This document shows, in pieces, positions 8,275-11,975 of a DNA stretch of 11,975 nt. Made by a program: the position numbers and the translations under genes. The notes beneath the pieces were generated by a model. That model saw nothing but the letters and a program-made list of their open reading frames with translations, ran no database searches and was not told the origin of the DNA. The DNA comes from Ignavibacteria bacterium (GTDB lineage Bacteria > Bacteroidota > Ignavibacteria > Kapaibacteriales > UBA2268). Positions within the stretch are counted from its first letter, which is position 1. Each line of letters opens with the position of its first letter. The DNA is taken from NCBI GenBank assembly GCA_037441245.1, contig JBBISM010000064.1, forward strand, positions 1 through 11,975, in the 5' to 3' direction.

Positions 8275-9069
8275 ATGAATAATATTGATAAAATTAACAA
8301 AACAATTATAAAAGAATATCCGAGATTAGACGAGGATGCAAAATTCGATTTCAAGTGCCATAGCGGATTAAGCTGTTTCAACAAGTGCTGTAACGATGTT
8401 AATATTTTCTTGACACCTTATGATATCATTAGATTGAAAAATAGGTTGGGAATAAGCTCGAGCGAGTTTTTAGAAAAATATACGATAATTCCTATCGAAG
8501 AAAATTTAAAGCATCCAATAGTTATATTGAAAATGAACAGCGAAACATTAGATTGCCCCTTGTTAAGTATAGATGGTTGCACTGTGTATGTTGATAGGCC
8601 TTGGTCTTGCAGGATGTATCCACTTGGAATGGCTTCACCTTCGGAAAGCATAAGCAACGAACAAGAAGAATTTTACTTTTTATTGAAAGAACCCATTTGC
8701 CAGGGATTCACTGAAAATAAAGAATGGACTATCTTGGAATGGAAAGATAATCAAGGTGTCAATGAATATACCGAATTGGGCGAGATGTTTAAAGAAATTT
8801 CTTGCAATGACCACTTTGTGAAAGGCAAAATCACCGAGCCGGTCAAATTGGAAATGTTTTATATGGTTTGCTACGATATTGATAAGTTTAGGGAATTTCT
8901 CTATAGGAGCTCTTTTTTCAAGCGATTTGCAGTAGAAGATGAATTAATTAATAAGATGAGAACAGATGATGTCGAATTATTAACATTCGGCTTCAAATGG
9001 CTTAAATATAGCTTATTTGGAGAGCCAACCCTTAATTTGAAACAAGAATATATGAAACCTATTTTATAG
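8275..9069 (+). CDS. YkgJ/UPF0153-family protein (Pfam 'CxxCxxCC' putative Fe/Zn-chelating domain)
   Basis: 264 aa. N-terminal Cys cluster FKCHSGLSCFNKCCNDV. Central CPLLSIDGCTVYVDRPWSCRMYP matches the family signature C-x7-C-x-Y-x2-RP-x2-CR-x-YP. Variant spacing in the first cluster (C-x5-C-x3-CC). Confidence 0.6.
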   Translation: MNNIDKINKTIIKEYPRLDEDAKFDFKCHSGLSCFNKCCNDVNIFLTPYDIIRLKNRLGISSSEFLEKYTIIPIEENLKHPIVILKMNSETLDCPLLSIDGCTVYVDRPWSCRMYPLGMASPSESISNEQEEFYFLLKEPICQGFTENKEWTILEWKDNQGVNEYTELGEMFKEISCNDHFVKGKITEPVKLEMFYMVCYDIDKFREFLYRSSFFKRFAVEDELINKMRTDDVELLTFGFKWLKYSLFGEPTLNLKQEYMKPIL

Positions 9070-9107
9070 TTCAATTGGAGTATAGTGAATAATTAGAAGG
9101 AAATAAG

Positions 9108-10376
9108 TTGAACAACGGGAAACAATTAAATAGTGATATTGAATTCATTCGCCACTTAAAAAAGTATGGTGGCGATACAATGAAAAAATGCTTTCAATGT
9201 GCTACCTGCTCGGTAGTTTGTTCGCTATCACCCGTAGAAAATGCATTTCCCAGAAAAGAAATGATAAAAGCAGGATGGGGATTGAAAAATGAACTGGTTA
9301 ATGATCCAGATATTTGGCTTTGCCATGGATGTATGGATTGCAGTCAGATGTGCCCGCGTGGAGCAAGACCAGCTGATCTAATGGGCGCTATAAGAAGCTA
9401 CATCTATCGTTTTTATTCTACTCCGAAATTTATGGGGAAAGCACTATCGGAACCAAAATATTTACCTTATTTATTGATACTACCGACAATATTAATATTC
9501 ATATTGCTATTAGTAACTCAAGGGGGAAATCTATCTGCTATTGATTGGTCTGTTCATCAGTTTAAGTATAAAGATTTTATAGCTCACGGACCAATTGAGG
9601 TTCTTTTCATTTTTGGAAATATACTAGTATTTGCATTCGCATATATAGGGTTCAAAAGATATTGGGATGACTTACATCAACATAATAATTATCAACCAGT
9701 TCAGGGTTTAATTCCATCATTCATTCAAGTAATAAAAGAACTTGCCTTGCACAAAAAATTTGATAAATGCCCAACAAATTCAGCACGTTATTATGGGCAT
9801 TTATTTATTTTTTATGGATTTGTAGGAGCTTTGATAGCCACAGCTATAGTTGTAGCAAATATATTTGGGGATAAGCTTGGCTTATTCAATGAATTTTTGC
9901 CAGAGCATATGAATATGCCACTATATTTATTGGGGGGCGTGAACTTCGATGACCCAAATGAAGTGATTGAATTGATTGGGCTTATAGTGAAAAGCTTTGG
10001 TTTATTGGCAGGAACATTACTGGTTATCGGTGGGTTGTTATTGTTAGTTAAACGGCAAGTTACCGAAGACCGAGAAGGGAAATCCACCTATTATGATATG
10101 CTATTTTTGTGGATTCTTTGGGGAGTGTCGTTTACTGGAATGTGCTGTGTATTTCTTCGACTGCTTGAAGTACCAATTATTGCTTATCCAACGTATTTCG
10201 TGCATTTAGTATTAGTATATTGCTTGCTTTGGTATATGCCTTATTCAAAATTTGCACATATGATATATAGATTTATGGGATTAACCTATTTGAAGATGTA
10301 TGGTAGGGATGCAAAGATTGAAATTTTCGATAAAAACTTAAAAATAAATAAAGTTACACAACAAGTAACAGTATAG
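9108..10376 (+). CDS. QmoC-like protein: an HdrC-like 2x[4Fe-4S] domain fused to an HdrE/NarI-like di-heme cytochrome b membrane domain
   Basis: The ORF track starts at TTG 9108, preceded by AAGGA at 9097-9101. An in-frame ATG at 9180 is an alternative start. Two ferredoxin motifs with the long HdrC-type spacer: [12 protein letters not shown] ... ~33 aa ... [12 protein letters not shown]. About six predicted TM helices follow ([109 protein letters not shown]). Conserved His residues (AHGP, YYGHLF, FVHLV, FAHMIY) are positioned like heme-b ligands. No CCG motif, so not DsrK/HdrD. Confidence 0.6.
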   Translation: MNNGKQLNSDIEFIRHLKKYGGDTMKKCFQCATCSVVCSLSPVENAFPRKEMIKAGWGLKNELVNDPDIWLCHGCMDCSQMCPRGARPADLMGAIRSYIYRFYSTPKFMGKALSEPKYLPYLLILPTILIFILLLVTQGGNLSAIDWSVHQFKYKDFIAHGPIEVLFIFGNILVFAFAYIGFKRYWDDLHQHNNYQPVQGLIPSFIQVIKELALHKKFDKCPTNSARYYGHLFIFYGFVGALIATAIVVANIFGDKLGLFNEFLPEHMNMPLYLLGGVNFDDPNEVIELIGLIVKSFGLLAGTLLVIGGLLLLVKRQVTEDREGKSTYYDMLFLWILWGVSFTGMCCVFLRLLEVPIIAYPTYFVHLVLVYCLLWYMPYSKFAHMIYRFMGLTYLKMYGRDAKIEIFDKNLKINKVTQQVTV

Positions 10377-10404
10377 AAATTCTAAACTTATTACAGGAGT
10401 AGAA

Positions 10405-11607
10405 ATGGTAAATAGAAAATTTGAAACTCCATTACTCGACCAGCTTGAGAGCGGAGAGTGGCCAAGTTTCGTTACAGAAATTAAAATGGCTGCTGAAACT
10501 AACCAAATGGCAAATAGTTTACTCGGTTTGCTCGAGCAATCATACGAGGAAAAAATTGGTCACTGGAAGCATGGAGGGATTGTAGGTGTTATGGGATATG
10601 GTGGGGGTGTCATTGGTAGATATACAGACTTACCCGAGAAATATCCTGATATTTCGCATTTCCATACGATGAGAATTAACCAACCAGCAGGTTGGTTCTA
10701 CACAGCTGAAGCCTTGAAGCAAATATGTGATGTTTGGGACCGATATGGCTCGGGATTAACAAATATGCACGGTTCGACGGGAGATATTATATTGCTAGGA
10801 ACAAGAACAGAAAATTTAGAACCAACATTCAATGAGCTAACGCATTTAGGATTTGATTTGGGGGGGTCGGGCTCTGCAGTTCGCACTCCTAGCTGTTGCT
10901 GCGGAATGGCAAGATGCGAATGGGCTTGCTATGATACAATGGCTTTGACATATTATATAACAATGCGTTATCAAGATGAACTACATAGGCCAGCATTCCC
11001 TTATAAGATGAAATTTAAAATGTCGGGTTGCCCAAATGATTGTGTAGCATCGGTCGCAAGAGCAGATATATCAATCATTGGTACCTGGCGAGATGAAATT
11101 CAAATCAATCAGGAGGAAGTAAAGAAGTATCAAGATAATGGGACAAATATTTTTAAAGAAGTTGTATTGAACTGCCCAGCTAAATGTATTGATTGGGATG
11201 GCAATGAGATTAAGATAGACAATTCGAATTGTCGCCATTGTATGCATTGTATTAATGTATTACCTAAAGCATTAGCACCTGGAAAGGATAGAGGAGCAGC
11301 GATACTTATCGGCTCGAAAGCCCCAATTATCGAGGGCGCATTGTTATCATCAGTATTTGTACCATTCATCGAAATCGAAGAACCCTATGATGATTTAGAG
11401 CTATGGGAATTAATTGACAATATGTTCGACTTATGGTGCGAAGAAGGTAAGAACCGAGAAAGAATAGGCGAATTTATTCAAAGAGTAGGATTGGGCAATT
11501 TCATTGAAGCAGTCGGATTGCCACCGATGCCAGAAATGATTGCATTCCCGAGAGAAAATCCGTATATCTTCTACGAAAGCTTTTTCGAAGAAGAAGTGGA
11601 AGAATAA
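10405..11607 (+). CDS. dsrA: Dissimilatory sulfite reductase alpha subunit
   Basis: 400 aa. N-terminus ...[19 protein letters not shown] and internal [35 protein letters not shown], siroheme/[4Fe-4S] Cys cluster [32 protein letters not shown], and ferredoxin insert [28 protein letters not shown] are collinear with characterised DsrA proteins. RBS AGGAG at 10395-10399. Only 28 bp after the preceding gene. Confidence 0.95.
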   Translation: MVNRKFETPLLDQLESGEWPSFVTEIKMAAETNQMANSLLGLLEQSYEEKIGHWKHGGIVGVMGYGGGVIGRYTDLPEKYPDISHFHTMRINQPAGWFYTAEALKQICDVWDRYGSGLTNMHGSTGDIILLGTRTENLEPTFNELTHLGFDLGGSGSAVRTPSCCCGMARCEWACYDTMALTYYITMRYQDELHRPAFPYKMKFKMSGCPNDCVASVARADISIIGTWRDEIQINQEEVKKYQDNGTNIFKEVVLNCPAKCIDWDGNEIKIDNSNCRHCMHCINVLPKALAPGKDRGAAILIGSKAPIIEGALLSSVFVPFIEIEEPYDDLELWELIDNMFDLWCEEGKNRERIGEFIQRVGLGNFIEAVGLPPMPEMIAFPRENPYIFYESFFEEEVEE

Positions 11608-11656
11608 AAATAATTGTTTATCATAATTAAGTTAAATAAATTGAAGGAAATAAAAA

Positions 11657-11975
11657 ATGTCAGATCAAGCACCAGAGAGATTAACTGATATTGGCCCACC
11701 GCATTACACAAAATATTTGCCACCAATTATTAAAGAGAATTACGGTCAATGGAAATATCACGAAATACCGAAACCAGGCGTTTTGGTTCATACAGCTGAA
11801 TCGGGGGCTAAATTGTATTCAGTTAGAGCAGCAAGTCCAAGATTATTAAGCACTAATAAAATCAGAATGTTCGCTGAATTAGCTGAAAAATATTGCGATG
11901 GATATTTACGCTTTACTTCACGAAACAATGTAGAATTTTTATTGACAGATCCCAACAATATTGACCCATTGATAG
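11657..11975 (+). CDS. dsrB: Dissimilatory sulfite reductase beta subunit (first 106 aa; continues beyond the right window edge)
   Basis: Open frame from ATG 11657 (RBS AAGGA 11643-11647): MSDQAPERLTDIGPPHYTKYLPPIIKENYGQWKYHEIPKPGVLVHTAESGAKLYSVRAASPRLLSTNKIRMFAELAEKYCDGYLRFTSRNNVEFLL. Matches the conserved DsrB N-terminal region (DIGP...WKYHEI.PGVL.H.AESG...RFT.R.N.EF). Confidence 0.9.
   Translation, partial: MSDQAPERLTDIGPPHYTKYLPPIIKENYGQWKYHEIPKPGVLVHTAESGAKLYSVRAASPRLLSTNKIRMFAELAEKYCDGYLRFTSRNNVEFLLTDPNNIDPLI

Noticed and set aside
9108-10376. Alternative identity as DsrK/HdrD or DsrM
   Set aside because: No CCG (Cx..CCG..CxxC) motif, so not DsrK/HdrD. It has an N-terminal HdrC-like dicluster domain that DsrM/NarI lack. 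The fused architecture matches QmoC best.
1-11975. Mobile elements, CRISPR arrays, tRNA/rRNA, compositional islands
   Set aside because: No direct-repeat arrays, transposase/integrase-like ORFs, terminal inverted repeats or RNA-gene-like conserved structures were seen. AT-richness is uniform across the window.

Overview
AT-rich bacterial window, 11,975 bp. Left part (1-3880) holds housekeeping/accessory genes: a MoxR-type AAA+ ATPase and an ATP-grasp protein on the minus strand, then a plus-strand NfeD-like/flotillin (SPFH) operon that ends in a clear intrinsic terminator. A ~350-bp AT-rich non-coding leader follows. The rest of the window (4231-11975, all plus strand) is a contiguous dissimilatory sulfate-reduction cluster: sat, aprB, aprA, a strong terminator, then zinc-ribbon protein / YkgJ-type Cys-rich protein / QmoC-like membrane redox protein, then dsrA and dsrB (truncated at the window edge). 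All gene calls rest on recognisable protein motifs in the translations. No database search was possible. The unusual part is the three-gene module at 7996-10376. It sits where qmoABC normally follows aprBA, but it has no QmoA/QmoB flavoproteins. It is separated from aprA by a terminator and lies only 28 bp upstream of dsrA with no terminator between them. I propose it is a previously uncharacterised menaquinol-linked electron-transfer module dedicated to DsrAB and/or AprBA. Base composition is uniformly low-GC with no sign of foreign DNA. No tRNA, rRNA, CRISPR or IS elements were seen. Taxonomic origin cannot be determined from the sequence alone.
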